A stretch of DNA of 64,000 bases from Eledone cirrhosa (GCA_964016885.1 OZ024741.1:94116001-94180000); one strand, 5' to 3'; positions 38,005 through 53,438 are shown, counted from the stretch's first letter. Translations and numbers: made by a program. Notes: a model not told the origin generated them from the letters alone.

Positions 38005-40265
38005 ACATTGGAACGGGAACGAAAACAGAGAGGCAGTACAAACAAAGGTTTATTAGTTTTACGCTCTTGAGAGTTCCTCAGGAGAAAAGTGGGTGGGAAG
38101 AGAGTTCCAAAGGTGCGTGGGGGAGTGGGGGAGAGACATTTAGAAAAAGGGGGGTGGGGAAAGGGACGAAAAACGGTGGAAGGGGTACAAATAAAAATAA
38201 AAATAAACATAAAGATAAACAAGTGGTAGAAGGGTGTGGGGCCTGTAGGAGTGATGGTGGGTGGAGTAGGGAGAGGGAGGTGGGGTGTCCGAGCGGGGAG
38301 GGCTGAAGGTGGTGTTTGTGTATGTGTGTAGGTGTACGTGTGTGTGTATGTGAATATGAGAGTTGGGGGAAGAACGAGGTTCAATGTTCAGGAGAAGGTG
38401 TGTGTGTGGGGTGGCGTGTAGGTCGGTGTGTACGTGCATGTGGATGGGGAGGGGTCAGAAGGGAGGTGGAGGGGTGGGGAGGATTACGAAGGCTGAGTGT
38501 GTATATGTGGGGGGCACGCACGTGTGTGTTGGTGTTTTTACGTGGTGTAGGTGACGTGGTTCGAAAAAGAATTGTGAGTGTATGTCCGTGAGTAAGTTCC
38601 TAAGGTAGTTCCGTAGAGGGTGCGAAGAGTTGCCGGATATTTTTCATGTTATGGAATGGATAGCTGGAACGATGCCCGGTGTTGTGTAATCCGTTGGTTG
38701 TGGTGGTCGGAAGTGGGGAGATGTGGGGTGCGCGCGCAGCAGGAAGGGGTCAGAGGGTCAAGGCAGGATGAAGGCATAGCAGTAGAGGAGAATGACAGGT
38801 GGAGAAAGTCAGTGTGGTGAGGACTGTGTGTCTGTGTGTGCGGTGAACAGGGGAGAGGATGGGTAGATGTGAAAGGTGGAGTGGGGAGGGGTCATGGGGG
38901 GATGGGGGGTGTGTTAGTAGAGGTGTTAGTGGGATGTGTGTGTGTGTGAGAAGAGGTGTGGGTGGAGCGGGGAGAGGGAGAGAGGAGGTGTGGGGGACGG
39001 TGGAGGGAGTGTAGTGTAATGGTGTGTGTGTGCGTGTTTGGATGAGTGTGTGCGTGGCAAAGGGGGTGATAGTGGGTGTTAGTATACTGGTGGAGGGGAA
39101 AGGGTTGAATGCGGGTGTGTTAGTGGGGGTTAGTGGTGGTTGGGTGTGTAGAGTGGGTGGTGTATGTAGGTGTGGGTGGGTGTGTGTGGGAAGGTGTGTG
39201 TTCGTGTGCGTGGGGTCGGGGGATGTTAGTGGTATTAGTTGTGTGGTGGTTGGAGTGGATGTGTGGGTGAGGGTTATTGGTGGTAGTAGGGTGTGTGGAT
39301 AGTGTGAGTGCGTGTATAATGTACAGGTGGATGTGTACATGATAGGGGAAGGGGTGGGGATGTTAATATTGTTAGTTGGGGGGGGGTTAGTATTGTTAGT
39401 TGTGGGGTGGGCCAAGGGGGTGGGCGGTGAAAAGGAGGAGTATGTTAGTGGTGTTAGTGGGGGATATGTGTGTGCATGAGACAGGGTGGTCGAAGGCTAA
39501 AGGAATAGGGTGGGGAGTTCAGGCCGGGAGGAGTGTGGGTCTGTAGGATGAAGATGGTGCATTGTTCGACCTTGAGACGGGTGGCGGGTGTTCCGTGGCA
39601 TTGGAGTAGGCCACAGACTGTGAGGTGGTGGGTGGAATGTCTAGGGGAGCCAAAGTGGCGGGCGATGGGGGAACTCCCGCCGAGATGAATATCCCGGAGG
39701 TGTTCAGTGAAACGGTCCACCAGGCGACGTCCAGTCTGTCCGATGTAGGTTGGAGGAGGTGCAGCGGAAGGCGTGCCGGACAGAGAGATAGTGGCCGTTG
39801 GGACGCTGGAAGGTGGTGGTGTTGATGATGTGGGGGCAGGAGTGGCAACGAGGCCTGGAGCAGAGAAGGAAACCGGGGGGAAAGAAGAGCGTGGGTTGGG
39901 GGTAGGGAGCTGCGGACGAAGAGGGTGCGGAGATTGCGTGCGCGTTTGAAGGATGGGGAGGGGTGGGCATGGGAAGATATGGGAGGTGGAGGGGTCGGAA
40001 GAGGTAGAGGATGGTGCGGTGGAGGGGTAGGGTGGAGGGGTGGTAGGTGATGGGGAAGGGGAGACGGTGGGTGGGTGTGCGGTGGCGTTGGGTGAGGGTG
40101 GTGGAGCGGTGGACAGCATGGGCGCGAGTGAGGGCGGTGTGGACGAGGGGGGGGGGGGGGGGGGGGGGTAACCACTGCGGATGAAATGGCTGACTAGGGA
40201 AAGGGCCTGGGACTCAAAGTCAGCATCTCGGCTACAGAGGCGGCGGATCCGGAGGAGTTGGGAGT

Positions 40266-40270
<5 letters not shown>
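38000..40270 (-). mobile_element. 5'-truncated Penelope-like element with GIY-YIG endonuclease and long C/A-rich 3' region
   Basis: PYSQLLRIRRLCSRDADF..HFIRSGY (40170-40270) and YIGQTGRRLVDRFTEHLRDI..PIARHF..RLKVEQ..PPGLN; inserted in (TA)n. Confidence 0.85.
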
Positions 40271-40303
<33 letters not shown>

Positions 40304-40333
40304 AGATCAAAAGATGGTTAAAGGAGTTCAATA

Positions 40334-40404
40334 TATTTTATTATGCGCATTTCAAAAACAAACATCATCAAACAATAATATTTGTGTTTTCATCAGATAA
40401 AACA
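40334..40404 (-). ncRNA. Type I hammerhead ribozyme (intact core)
   Basis: TGTTTTAT-CTGATGA-(AAA.CAAATATTAT/ATGATGTTTG.TTT)-GAA-A tgcgca T-A^ATAAAATA; palindromic stem III ATGCGCAT. Confidence 0.8.
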
Positions 40405-40515
40405 GGAGAACATGATATGAAGGCTAAAAAAAACACTTGTTGATAGTGCAGTTTTAAATCAACATATCCGATATCTGCATTGCTTTATTGTACTACAATA
40501 AAACTCACCTCCTAC

Positions 40516-40573
<58 letters not shown>

Positions 40574-43500
40574 CGTTTTTGAATTTGTTTAGCAAGATTC
40601 TTTATCTGAAATCGTGTGTTGAAACCGATATTGTTATACTTTGGGAGGGTCATGTTGCCAATAAGAAACACACGCACCATATATATAAGTGTTTGGAAAA
40701 GTCACATATCACAAAAGATGGAGCATTCAATACTGAGAAAGTAAAGATATTTATTTTAGACATGTGTTGCTTAAAGTTAAATATCTTTACTGGAACAAAG
40801 ATTAAACATTCCTTTACTTATATTTTAACTAGATTCGTAAAAACCGTAGGAAGTGGGGATAGATCATGTATGTGCGAAAATCCTTCATTAGGTTATATAA
40901 AGAGCCTGAAATAATTATTACGTAAATCTGTGGTGAAATACATGAAATTTATTTCGATTAGATTAGTTCCTACCGTTATTTTTAGGCCGTAAGATTCGAA
41001 TGCTTGGATGACGTTCTTCTTTAGCCCGTTGACTGAGTGGCCATTGGCATCCTTTGAAATGACTAAAACACCATCTCTTTATAAATCAAAAGGCAAGGTA
41101 AAAGATAAACAAACTAAGGCATCTAGTGTATACAATCGTACAAGGTTACAAATGCCGACCCCGTACAACGATCCTATACTAACATCAAAAGAACTGCTCG
41201 ATTGAATTTCTACACCTATGCGGAGTCTCTGTTGAAAAACATGGTTTTTTTAGCAGTCGCTATTATCTATTATTTACCTGCAAATTTGGGGGTTGTATTC
41301 AATAACTCTTTGTAAAACGAAGGCTAAACGATTACAATTTTAAAATCGGTCATTGCTCTTGTCCATAATCTTATTGAAGCAGTCAATTACCTCACTTCTG
41401 TTAACCCACTGGATTAAGCGCTTGTTATATAATCTTATATATCTAATGTTAATCTTTATCAGTATATTCATATTTCTTAATCCTTCTCAAACTTTCATGA
41501 CTTTTTCGGTTTACACTTAGGGTTAAAAGCAAAGTTGTTTTTATGAGCTTTAGTTGTGATGAAAACATTATATTTAAGTAGTATTTTAAGACTATCTAAA
41601 CTTCAGTAGCTATGTTCTTAGTCTCTCTCAATTGATATCATTATAGGATTGTCGGCTGACTCTCATGTAGTCACTAGTAGTAATGTTATCTAGTATTTGT
41701 GTGTATAGCTTATTATCTAGTTCATAAACATACTTTATCTTGTCAAAGAACAACTGTGCTTTTATAAAGATTGCTTTAGATTTTTAATGTTAGCTTTGAT
41801 GTTTATTTGTTCCGATTCAAAATACTCCCGGATGGTGAACATTTGCGTGACTTAATATTATAGGGTTGGACATGCGTTCCGGTTTGTTCAGAATCAAAGA
41901 TAAATGATTTCCATCTCATATGCTTCACAAAGTCAATAATTTTCTTCAATAGTTTCGTGATGTAATCTTAGATTGAGTTGTGTTGGTATGTTCTTTGTTG
42001 AGTAGTTAAGATTATATAAGCCCATATTTAAGGTTCTTTTGCAATAGAGAGCATTATAACATATAATATGTATCTAAATATCGTACATTGTCTAAGGGGC
42101 CTCATGTTATACAATTTCTATTAATTTAAATAGGAGCTTGATATAGGTGTTTGAAAAAGTAGCATATGACAAAAGAAAGATCACTCAATATAACCTAAGC
42201 ATAGACAAACACACATTCTAAGTATGCCGGCTTAAACCATTGGCTCAAACTCATTTCCATGAGACTGTTATAAGCTTTCGAGAAAAGCACGAGTGAACAT
42301 AGATTTCTTACTGCCTTTTCTGAGAATTGGAAGCTACAGGGTTGTTTAAAACATATTGTGCTCATCCATGTAGCAGTGTAGTGAGATTTATATAATTATC
42401 ATTGTTACTGTTTAGCACAATTTCAATGACTAAAGACATCCCAGTCGTGATGATTCCATATTGGTTTTGGTGGAACATTTAGGGCTTCCTTGTTTTTAGA
42501 CTGTGGGGTTTTATTTCAGAAGGAATTAACTGCTGTTTTAGATCAAGTGGGGTGTGCAGAGAAAGTTATAGAGGCCTGTTGCAGTTTATAGTGGTGCAGT
42601 AACTGATGAACTGGTGAGCGGTATCTCTTAACTAACCTCTTCAATATCTAGAAATGGGAATTTCTTGCCCTAATGCTTATATTTTACAAAAAAACTCAAT
42701 CTAATATATAAATTTCACCTGAAATCTCTCACAGTTTAGTAGAGGGGATGGAATGTGAGTTGTGATGTTAACGGCATTCGAAACGGCATTGGTCGTATAA
42801 AATAAGTAAAATGGATTTAACTAATAATGGAAACCGTTATCTACATTATGGTTTCTGATTTAGGCACAAGGTCAGCAATTTTGGGGGAGTGGAAAGTCGA
42901 TTAAATTGACTCAAGGGCGTGACTGGTACTTTATTTTATCGACCACGTAAGGATGAAAAGCAAAGCTATCTTCGGCGGGATTTGAACTCAGATATCTACA
43001 TTATATCATATAATTGCAATTTTGATGAAGTAATACACACTTATATCAATACACATGACATTCCTGTTCATACTTTCTTAACTTTCACTCACATGTGTCA
43101 CCCTCCCGCTAGATATAGACAGCTTCATGAAAAGATACTCCCCAAAACATCACCCAGTTATGACGTGACAAGTCTAATATCCCTCAACACCACGCATATA
43201 CTATCATTTCACATATCAAAGAAACTGTTTTGTGCCATACTTCTATATACATGAACAGTACACTATTAATATCCTTTAATCCGTTGCAAATATTCAATCT
43301 CACAATTTTCATGATCTATCATGGCGGCCTTGCAGTTTAGAGCACCCTTTACTAAAAAGATATTGCATTCTGTGCGTAGCCATAGTCGTGTACTTAAAAA
43401 GTTCACATAACAAGACCTTTTTCAGGCCAGCAAGATTGATGGGAGGATCTTCCCAGAATGGATATGTTGCCATATGCTTACAACGGAGGCCTAGTGGCGA

Positions 43501-43985
43501 ATTGTACCCAGAACGAAGAATTAAGTCTACTACCTCCGAAACAGAAAGAGCTCTTTAACAGGGTCTTCACAGTTTTCATAGATCACATTTAACTAATTAG
43601 GCCTTGTTGATATGACATTGTAAAAGGAAGTTTGCCCAATGCGTCACTCAAAACTATATAGTTGCGAAGTGAACTTCTAAACCATACATTCATGCTTGTA
43701 TCGCCATTTTTATAATGATTTTCTGACAGTTTCTTTGTTTATATGAATGAAATAGGTGCTACTATAGTTGAAGCTAATCTATAGTAAAACACCCAAGACA
43801 GTGAGGGGGCAGAACATATGACGACCCTGGGAAACCATATCAGGGCATGTGGTGGGGACATCCAACCAAATAGTCATGCAGGATTCTTCATTCAATAAGG
43901 TTACTGAGTGCAGCGTCCACTTAGATTTCCCAAGCACCCAACCAAAATCTGTGCCAGTTTTCTGCCGAGATCAAAAGGCTGAGAA

Positions 43986-44249
43986 ATTTGTTAACTTGAT
44001 ATTCGATGCGTTTGCTCAGTCATAACGCATCGAATATCAAGTTAACAAATATTTTATATATAAACATGAAATATACACTTCAGATAAAACATGAAATATA
44101 CACTTCAAATTAATATAAAATCAACTACATAATGATTATGTGGCTGATTTTATATTAAAATATTTTATATATTAATATAAAATCAGCCACATAATCATTA
44201 TGTAGTTGATTTTATATTAATTTGAAGTGTATATTTCATGTTTTATCTG
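43986..44249. repeat. Two adjacent palindromes (27-bp and ~78-bp arms)
   Basis: 43986-44012/44024-44050 and 44081-44158/44172-44249. Confidence 0.85.
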
Positions 44250-45526
44250 GTCTTACATATTTAAAATATCTTCCTTGCTCACATTGTTCAGTACTAAGCC
44301 TTATACTTGAGATTTATGGACATACAATCAAGGAGTTGGCCCTGGGTATCACCAAACCTCTGCATGCTAATGACACTGGGGATTGCATAACAAGAGACTC
44401 AGAAAAGAAATAATCATTTAGGTTAAGAATTGTAAAGGTCTCAAATCTGGATTTTATTTTTGCGAAAAACACCCGAGGATGGTTTGCTCGCGACATTTCA
44501 TTTTCTTTGGCGTCTTATTCATGGGATGCAAAAACCATTGAAGTCGTTAAGTCTTTTGATATGTTGATCATATCATCTTCCGGTGACGTCGGTGGCTAGA
44601 AAAAAAGAAACATTCTGGGGGCATTTGTTAACATTGTTAAATTCTTTGAAGAACTACTTGCTTGACAGAGGAAGTGGGGTTCACTCATGCTTCTCTACAA
44701 ATATTCTTCATGATAGTTTTTATTTCTAACATGGGCATAAGGTCAAAACTTTGCTGGAGAAGTGGTTAGTCGATTGGTACTTCATTTTATCGACTCCTTA
44801 AGGAAGAAAGATACAATCCATACCGTTGAAATTTGAACGCCGAACGCATTTAGCCGATATAAATAAGGCAAGGCAATTTGTTCGATGCTCTAACAATTCT
44901 TCCAATGATAATTTTATTTTTTAAGGTAGACACATTCTTAATTTTTATCTATTTATGTGGTAGAGTGGAAATGACTGTCATATAAATAATGTAGTTGAGT
45001 TCATAAGACTCTATCCTTCTCTTAAAAAGCATTGTGGCATTGTATGATAAATCAATATTAATATAGCGCTTAACAATCATTAGACCAATTTGGTATGCTC
45101 AAATACTTATATCATATATATCATCATCATCATCATCACCGTTTTGCGTATTTCTTCCACGCTAGCATGGGTTAGAAGGGTTGTCCTGTTGTGGGCAGTG
45201 CCCAGTCGGCTGACCATGTCTTACTCATACGGGAAGTGATTCTGGCTTGACTTCTACAGCTGGATGCCCTTCCTAACACCAACCTCATTTACAGTGAGTG
45301 ACGGGTGCATTTTTTGCCGTGGTACCTACACGTCCACTTTGCAGTGGAATGATAGGAATCCCAGTCCTATCATCTCATTTCTACAGCTGAGTAAACTGGA
45401 GCAATGTGAAATAAAGTGCCTTGCTCAAGGAAACAACACATCACCCAGTCTGAGAATTGAACTCACAACCTTTCGATTGCAAGACCAATGCTCTAACCAC
45501 TAAGCCATGTGCCTTCACATGGTGCC

Positions 45527-45582
<56 letters not shown>

Positions 45583-45626
45583 TATATATATATATGCATA
45601 TATATATATACAACCAACATATACTC

Positions 45627-45728
<102 letters not shown>

Positions 45729-45867
45729 TTTTGAGTATATGTTGGTTGTATACCAACACCACAGTATGCAGATTGGAGCACTCGACAATATAAAATGTAT
45801 ATATATATGATATATATATATAATATATATATATATATAATATATTATATATATATATATATGATAT

Positions 45868-45899
<32 letters not shown>

Positions 45900-46021
45900 A
45901 CATATATATAACATATATATATGTATATATATATTACATACATATATATATATATTAAATATATATATATATATTACATATATATATATATTACATATAT
46001 ATATATATATTACACACACAC

Positions 46022-46056
<35 letters not shown>

Positions 46057-46060
<4 letters not shown>

Positions 46061-47225
46061 AGAAAAAATTTACGAAATGGAAATGCGGGTATATAGAATT
46101 TATTAGGTAACAATTGTTTCTATAGTGTATGAGTTACCTATACCTCGCTATTTGAATAATACACAAATATGTTCAAAAGGTCTACCGGTGTACAATAAAT
46201 TCCGGGACCAACAAATGGTATTACGTCGGATGTACCGCAACTTCTTTCAAGGCTCGCCTATACCAACATCGATCTTCGATCAGGCACGAGAAAATGCGTT
46301 CCCTAACAACCCTCGCCGATAAAGCCTGGCAGCTTCGAAGGAACAATCAAGCGTTCTCCCTTGATTGGCAAATTATTGCAGCTGCGCCTGCATATCAGCA
46401 AAATCATCGATTCTGCAAGTTATGCAATTTAGAGATATACTGCATTTTAACGTCGGTAAACAAACTTTTGAACAGCAAAATTGAACGTTCTCTATACTGT
46501 AACCATCGTTTGAAAACGACTTTTTCTTTTTTTAAATGCATATAATGTTACCTTTTTACACCAACGTTTGCAAATTTCTGTCTTATATGTTTATACACTA
46601 GATATGGCTTTCTATAATAATAGTACTAAACACTGTTTTTCTGGACCCCTTTAGAAATAACCTGCTACTATAATAGCCCTAATAACTTGTCTGTGACATT
46701 GTACCACTTTGAACCCTCTAACTAAATTTTGTCCGAACAACACCACTAGAAGTATCTACTTCCCAGCCAACCTTAGCACGCCTCATTAAGCTAACTGCTG
46801 CCAAAACATTCTCTCTTCACAATCTCTACTAGTCTGACAGTCTTAAACCCTAAGACTCCCTCCACCTTACTCACTTCCCTCTTCCCCTTCTCTTCCTACC
46901 TCCTTCTTTATCTTTTATCTAGTGTATAAAATATTTTCATATCATTCTAATACAAAGGTCTGATGACATGGTGTGTTGGCTTACAGTGTACTTTCGGTTT
47001 TTGATAATATTTGTGTATTATTCAAATAGCGAGGTATAGGTAACTCATACACTATAGAAACAATTGTTACCTAATAAATTCTATATACCCGCATTTCCAT
47101 TTCGTAAATTTTTTCTCCATATTTTCTCCGGATTTTAAAACACACTTTATTATACGTTGAGCAATCTCTGACGTCAGTTGACTCCATCCAATGCAACTAC
47201 TTAGTAACATTGGAATACAAATTAT
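46057..47225 (+). mobile_element. 5'-truncated Penelope-like element (GIY-YIG C-terminus) with inverted pLTR
   Basis: LADKAWQLRRNNQAFSLDWQII...FCKLCNLE...LLNSKIE...CNH. 46057-46170 is the reverse complement of 47007-47122; (TA)n flanks. Confidence 0.8.
46956..47072 (+). ncRNA. Hammerhead ribozyme with ~90-nt extended stem II
   Basis: AGGT-CTGATGA-cATGGTGTG...TACACTATa-GAA-A caattg T-T^ACCT; palindromic stem III ACAATTGT. Confidence 0.6.
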
Positions 47226-47226
47226 C

Positions 47227-47287
<61 letters not shown>

Positions 47288-47990
47288 TTTCTTTTCCTAC
47301 CACCAGAAAAGAAAAATATAAATACCACCACCCACTTGGATAGCCAGCTTCCTGATGATTTCTCACGAATGAAACATTTCTAGTCCTGTAGAAGCTCTTC
47401 TATATTAAAACATTTATACTCTGCTATGTATTGAGTACCTTACTTACTGTGGTTACCTCCAATTTAACCCTGAATAACTTATATATATATAGCATCCTAA
47501 AACCTCATGCTGTTCAGAGTGTCATACTGTATCCCATACGACTCATCCCTTTCGAATTCGTCTTGTCATTCGAGCGACTATCTATTTGCCATAGGTCTAT
47601 TTGATCAGAGCCAATCTGGGGCATCACAACAACAGCAACAAAATGTCAACATCATCTCAAATCACCAAGGGATCGCTTTCGGTGGTCAGTTAACTTGCGC
47701 CAGAAAATCACACATTACCACAACTTGAAAAAAGGAATGATACATTGCATAAGTCAGTCCGAAATACATTATTTGAATGAAAATCAACACAAAAAATCCA
47801 AATGGTTACAGATGGAACCTTTTTCGTCATATATCATCTGCATAGCATGATTCGTCGTGGTACTTTCAGCGAACGGATATCAACCCACTTTTTATTATCT
47901 ATTGGTATGCGTTGTGGATCTTTAACATTTTGTCCATATTGTTTTAAATGAATAAGAAAAAAAAATGAACTTAGAGGTATTGAGGAAATA

Positions 47991-48283
47991 CTGTGTACCA
48001 CCGCATATTCGCGGAATCGTAAATATCTTCTGCGATGACTTTTATAACTTTTTTCGTGGCAATATATATATTTTTAACGCTAAATTATAAATAACAATAT
48101 ACTCTATTTGCCGGTTCATTGGACGCCCCATCGCATAAAACGCTCTCTCCCTTTTAAAATTATATTTTACGTTATATTTTGACGTTTATAGGCATTTTTA
48201 TGGACCACGTCTAATATTCGCGGTTTTTCACTCTCCGCGGTTGCTCTAGAAGCGTAACCGCCGCGAATACCGAGAGACTACTG
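47991..48283. mobile_element. Possible pogo/Tigger-type MITE
   Basis: Imperfect TIRs (CAGTAGTCTCTCGGTATTCGCGG-like) flanked by TA. Confidence 0.4.
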
Positions 48284-48549
48284 TATATATAAAATAACAA
48301 CAATGATGCCAGAATTTTGTATTTCTTACACTTTATTGCAAGTAATTTCTGTTCAGGATACACACATTATTATAACAATCTCTAAACCATTACAAATAGA
48401 AGAAAACGCAAACCAGTTTACACCCTTTTGACCCCTATGAACCAGTTTACAGACAGACATGAAAGGTGTGTGAAAAGGATGGAAAACACAACAAGGAAAA
48501 CAGCAGGAAACAAATAAAAACACGTCATGTTATTTTCTATGTTATCTAA

Positions 48550-49467
<918 letters not shown>

Positions 49468-50604
49468 CATGCTTGTATATATCACATAATACGATGTGTA
49501 AATTAGGTAAAACATGAAACATATCACGTATAATATATCTGCTTAATGAAAGCATTGATGCGTGATATCAAATTTGAAATCTCCATTTGAAAGCAAATCT
49601 TTTATTGCTCACCGCAACCTTGATAAAGTTTGACCTATCAAAATTAATTTATTTCTAATACATCCCTCTTTAACGCTACATGAACCGTGCGGTAACTAGG
49701 TGACATAAGATATTTAATGTATTTAAATACATTTGTTATGTACTTTTTTAATAAAATTTCAGTTCAATATTTAGTTTTAGAGGGTTAGACTATTAGTTAA
49801 AAGGAATCTTTCACATAAGAATATATTCAACCCTATTTCACAATTTATAAAACTAAAATTCTGAAAACTATAATAAACTAGATGAGTTATTATAACGAAG
49901 TAAAAATGTTTCCTATTATTTTTTGTGGGGTGGGGGTGGGGGAGTCACAGGACACAAATTTCACTTGACATGAATTAACATTTTGAATGAAAGCGATGAT
50001 AATTGGCAGATATTGATTTCATAAGTCAAATTAGAAACAAAATAAATAAAATTTCTCGTTTTACAAAAACATATGGCAATAGACTCGTTACCATTTTGCT
50101 CAACGTAGAAAATATAGCATTTCTGATTTATATCTAAATATTGATTTCTTCTTTAGGCACAAGGTCAATTTTTCGTAAGGGAGGAGGATTAATCGAATTG
50201 AATATACACTGCTACGATTTCACTATCCCCAGAAAATGAAGAAATACTCGACGTTATCAAGTTTGAACGCAGAGACTACAGCGTCGAAAGTAAATTCTGT
50301 AAATCGTTTCTCTAATGTACCCCTATACTGTTTCTTGCTACTCTGTCATACTTCATTGTATTTTCACTCGTTTACATCGAGAGAGAAAGAGGGAGAGGAA
50401 GAAGGAAAAAGAGTGTATGGTGGAGAGAAAATATCTAGTTGATTAGATTTGCCTCATTATATTATTGGTACTTTAACGACTCCGGATACATTAACATACA
50501 ACAGCAAGGTACTGAACTAGATACTCAGGTACCAAGTACGTGCTCTTCATCTACAATGCCTGAAATTTATTTCAGATTTAGACCATACTCAGCTCTAAAA
50601 TAAT

Positions 50605-50780
50605 TGTTTCTACTTTTGGTACAAGGCCAGCAATTACCCCAGTACATTACTGGTACTCTATTTTATCGACCCATCGAAGGATGAAAGGCAAAGCTAACCT
50701 CGACGGGATTTGAACTCAGAACGTAAAGGGCCACAACTTTATGCTGCAGAGCATAGTGTCTGACCTTCTACCGATGCTGT
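50605..50780 (-). mobile_element. SINE copy (further copies at ~27825-27960+, 42850-42990-, 44720-44900-, 50143-50340-, 55510-55720-, 56395-56505+, 62990-63120+)
   Basis: Shared GGCACAAGG...ACTGGTAC...AAGGATGAAAGGCAAAG...GGATTTGAACTCAG segments. Confidence 0.7.
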
Positions 50781-52059
50781 AAAATAATGTTAATGATTTT
50801 AAAGTTATTCTTGACTACACATGACTGTAAAACTCCCTTTATCCATAATAATTAATTACATTTATTATAATGCTTCTACCAGGGGTTGGGACAGATGAAA
50901 ACAGTTTCTTTGGTTCAATCTGATGATCAACATGTTTCATTTTTTGTTTTTGCTTTTAAATAATTATTTCTGTCATATCATGCAAAACATTGTTTATCAA
51001 AAATAGACAGATTGTTTCTTCACTTATCTAAAATATATAATAAATCTATGTTTATCCGAAATGTAACATCTAATTTCTGCGAATAAAAGCTTTTATTTAT
51101 TCAAAATGTACCATTTGAAGACAAAAACCTTATTTACAAAGAATTTTCCTTGTATCTGGTTCTAATACTTCAATTATCTAGAATGAACAACAATTGGATA
51201 TTATTACTAATATATAATATAACAGAATAGAATAGAATATTCTTTGTCAAGTCAATAGTGATGAACTGTTAATAAAGATAACTTAATAGGCTATTCTATA
51301 TGATGTAGAATCAACTGATTGGGTAACTTTCAGCATTGGCTTTTATTATAAGCCTCTACAATGAATTGGATTTTAATTGCAGATTGTTAATATTGTTTAA
51401 TGCTAATCGTTGCTGCCTTTTATTTTTGTTCTTAGTTTTCGCTGTCGTTGATAGTAATTTTTTGTTGTTGGTAGCGATATTAATACTATTAAATACTAAC
51501 TAGCAGAGTTTTTAGAAAATTCCACGTCTCATGTAAGTTCATATTTCTATTTTAAAGCATAAATTTATTGATCTTCATAGCTTTATTTCACTATGCTAAA
51601 GATTTTGATTATGTCTTTGATTTTGTCCAATAGTTAAGTTTGTTTAAAACGTAATATTCGTACTATGCTAAAGATTTCAATTATGTCCTAAATATCCTTC
51701 TATATTTAAGGTTATTAAAAGCATGTTTCACTATTTTAAAAATTTAGATTATATCATCTATGTGTTCAATAGATGAGGTTATTAAAAGCGTAACAATCTA
51801 ACATATATTGTGACTAGTAAGAATAAACATTAAGAATAAACATTCCTCCTCCCTCACTTAATGCCTGTGCACAAGATTTAAATAAGTATTAAAATATGTA
51901 TTTACTTCTTTCAACATAAATACTTCTCTAGGACGTTCCTATAGGCCCTTGGGATCAATGAAGAAAGTATTGTTATTATTATGTGGCCAATAAATAAAAT
52001 CATTATTATTAGTAGTAGTCTTATTTTTATTGAGCATCATCACTGAATTACCGAGCACA

Positions 52060-52240
52060 TTGGGTATGTGCAGTGTGTTTTTTATTGGTGTTGTTGTTTC
52101 TATTGTATTGAGAGTACTCTTCGTAATATGTGTGCAGTTATTAATAGCACTAGTTTTTCTAAGTTGTATATATTTTTTAAATCCTGGGGATTTGATTATG
52201 TATCTGACTATGTGTTTCTTTTTACCATTCCTAGAGCACC
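52060..52240 (-). mobile_element. Very short degenerate R4/Dong-like 3' fragment
   Basis: IIGALGMVKRNT next to an (ATT)n tract. Confidence 0.45.
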
Positions 52241-52846
52241 TATTATTATACATATTATTATTATTATTATTATTATTATTGTTGTTCTTATATGCCAGAA
52301 ATCGTTATTTGAAAAAATTAAAATCACCATCATGATCATAGCTGTTATCACCACCACCACCATCATCATCATCATTTTAATGACGACTAAAACTAGAAAG
52401 AATATAATACATTTGCACAAAATATATCAATCTTAATACATTTAGTTTCTATAGTTTAAAAAGTAGTGACTACACTTACTGAATTTGATCTACGATATAT
52501 GATGGCTCATTCTCTTCAAACATGTAACAGAAATATATGTATATGTACATGCATATCCATCAAACCATTCATCCAACCGTGTCTGTCAGTCTGACTGTTT
52601 GACTATCTGTCTGTCTGCCTAGTTGTCAGTTTCTCTTTCAGTCTCTGTATGTATGTATTTATGTATGAATGAATGTATGTATGTCAATTGATTAGTATTT
52701 CACGTTTCTAAATCACCTGGAAATCAGTCTTATTTTTATCCCTGTATATAAATCGGACAAATTTCAATGCCATTGAATTTATATTCGTTTTCTGTAGATC
52801 TAGGCTTCTTCTTCTTCTCTTTTTTCATTATTATTATTATTATTAT

Positions 52847-52902
<56 letters not shown>

Positions 52903-53201
52903 TTATTGTCGTCGTCGTCATCGTCGTTGTTCTTGTTTCTTATTGCCTGTAATGTGTTTTTCTATGAATGAGTACTAGTTTCATTTGAAACTCAACTTCA
53001 CGTCTGACCGGACGTATCGTTTTTTTCCCTACAAGAGTTCATATAGAAAATTGGTGATTAAAGAAGAAAAAAAAACACAAATAAAAACGAATATCTGCAA
53101 CATATCAAGACGTGGAAGGTGTCATCCGATGGTTATCATCGAGAATAAAATGTCTGCAGAACAATGATGTATCAATTCTTCCGGTATGGAACACAGTTCT
53201 C

Positions 53202-53225
53202 TCAAAATGCTGCCCAATGGCTAGT
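53202..53225 (-). CDS. SLC6 transporter, last coding exon (TSHWAAF*)
   Basis: atttcag|ACT AGC CAT TGG GCA GCA TTT TGA; matches the short terminal xxHWxxx exon of DAT/NET. Confidence 0.75.
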   Translation of the reverse strand, partial: TSHWAAF

Positions 53226-53399
53226 CTGAAATGATAAGAAAACAGTTATAACATTTTCGAATGTAAAAGAAAATAGTAACTGGATTTCAAGCGACATTTA
53301 TTGATATATGACCAGGTTGTTTCAGGCGACACATACTGTATTTTTGGTACATAATATGAAACATTCTTACCAAAAGTGCGACGCCAAAACTTGCCAACG

Positions 53400-53438
<39 letters not shown>

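Noticed and set aside
38045-38090. Hammerhead in the 3' end of the 38000-40270 element (CTGAGGA on the minus strand)
   Set aside because: GAAA is replaced by AAAA and no stem I pairing was found.
51585-51790. Three to four imperfect ~70-bp direct repeats (TTCACTATGCTAAAGATTT...)
   Set aside because: Degenerate AT-rich minisatellite with no structure or coding signal recognised.
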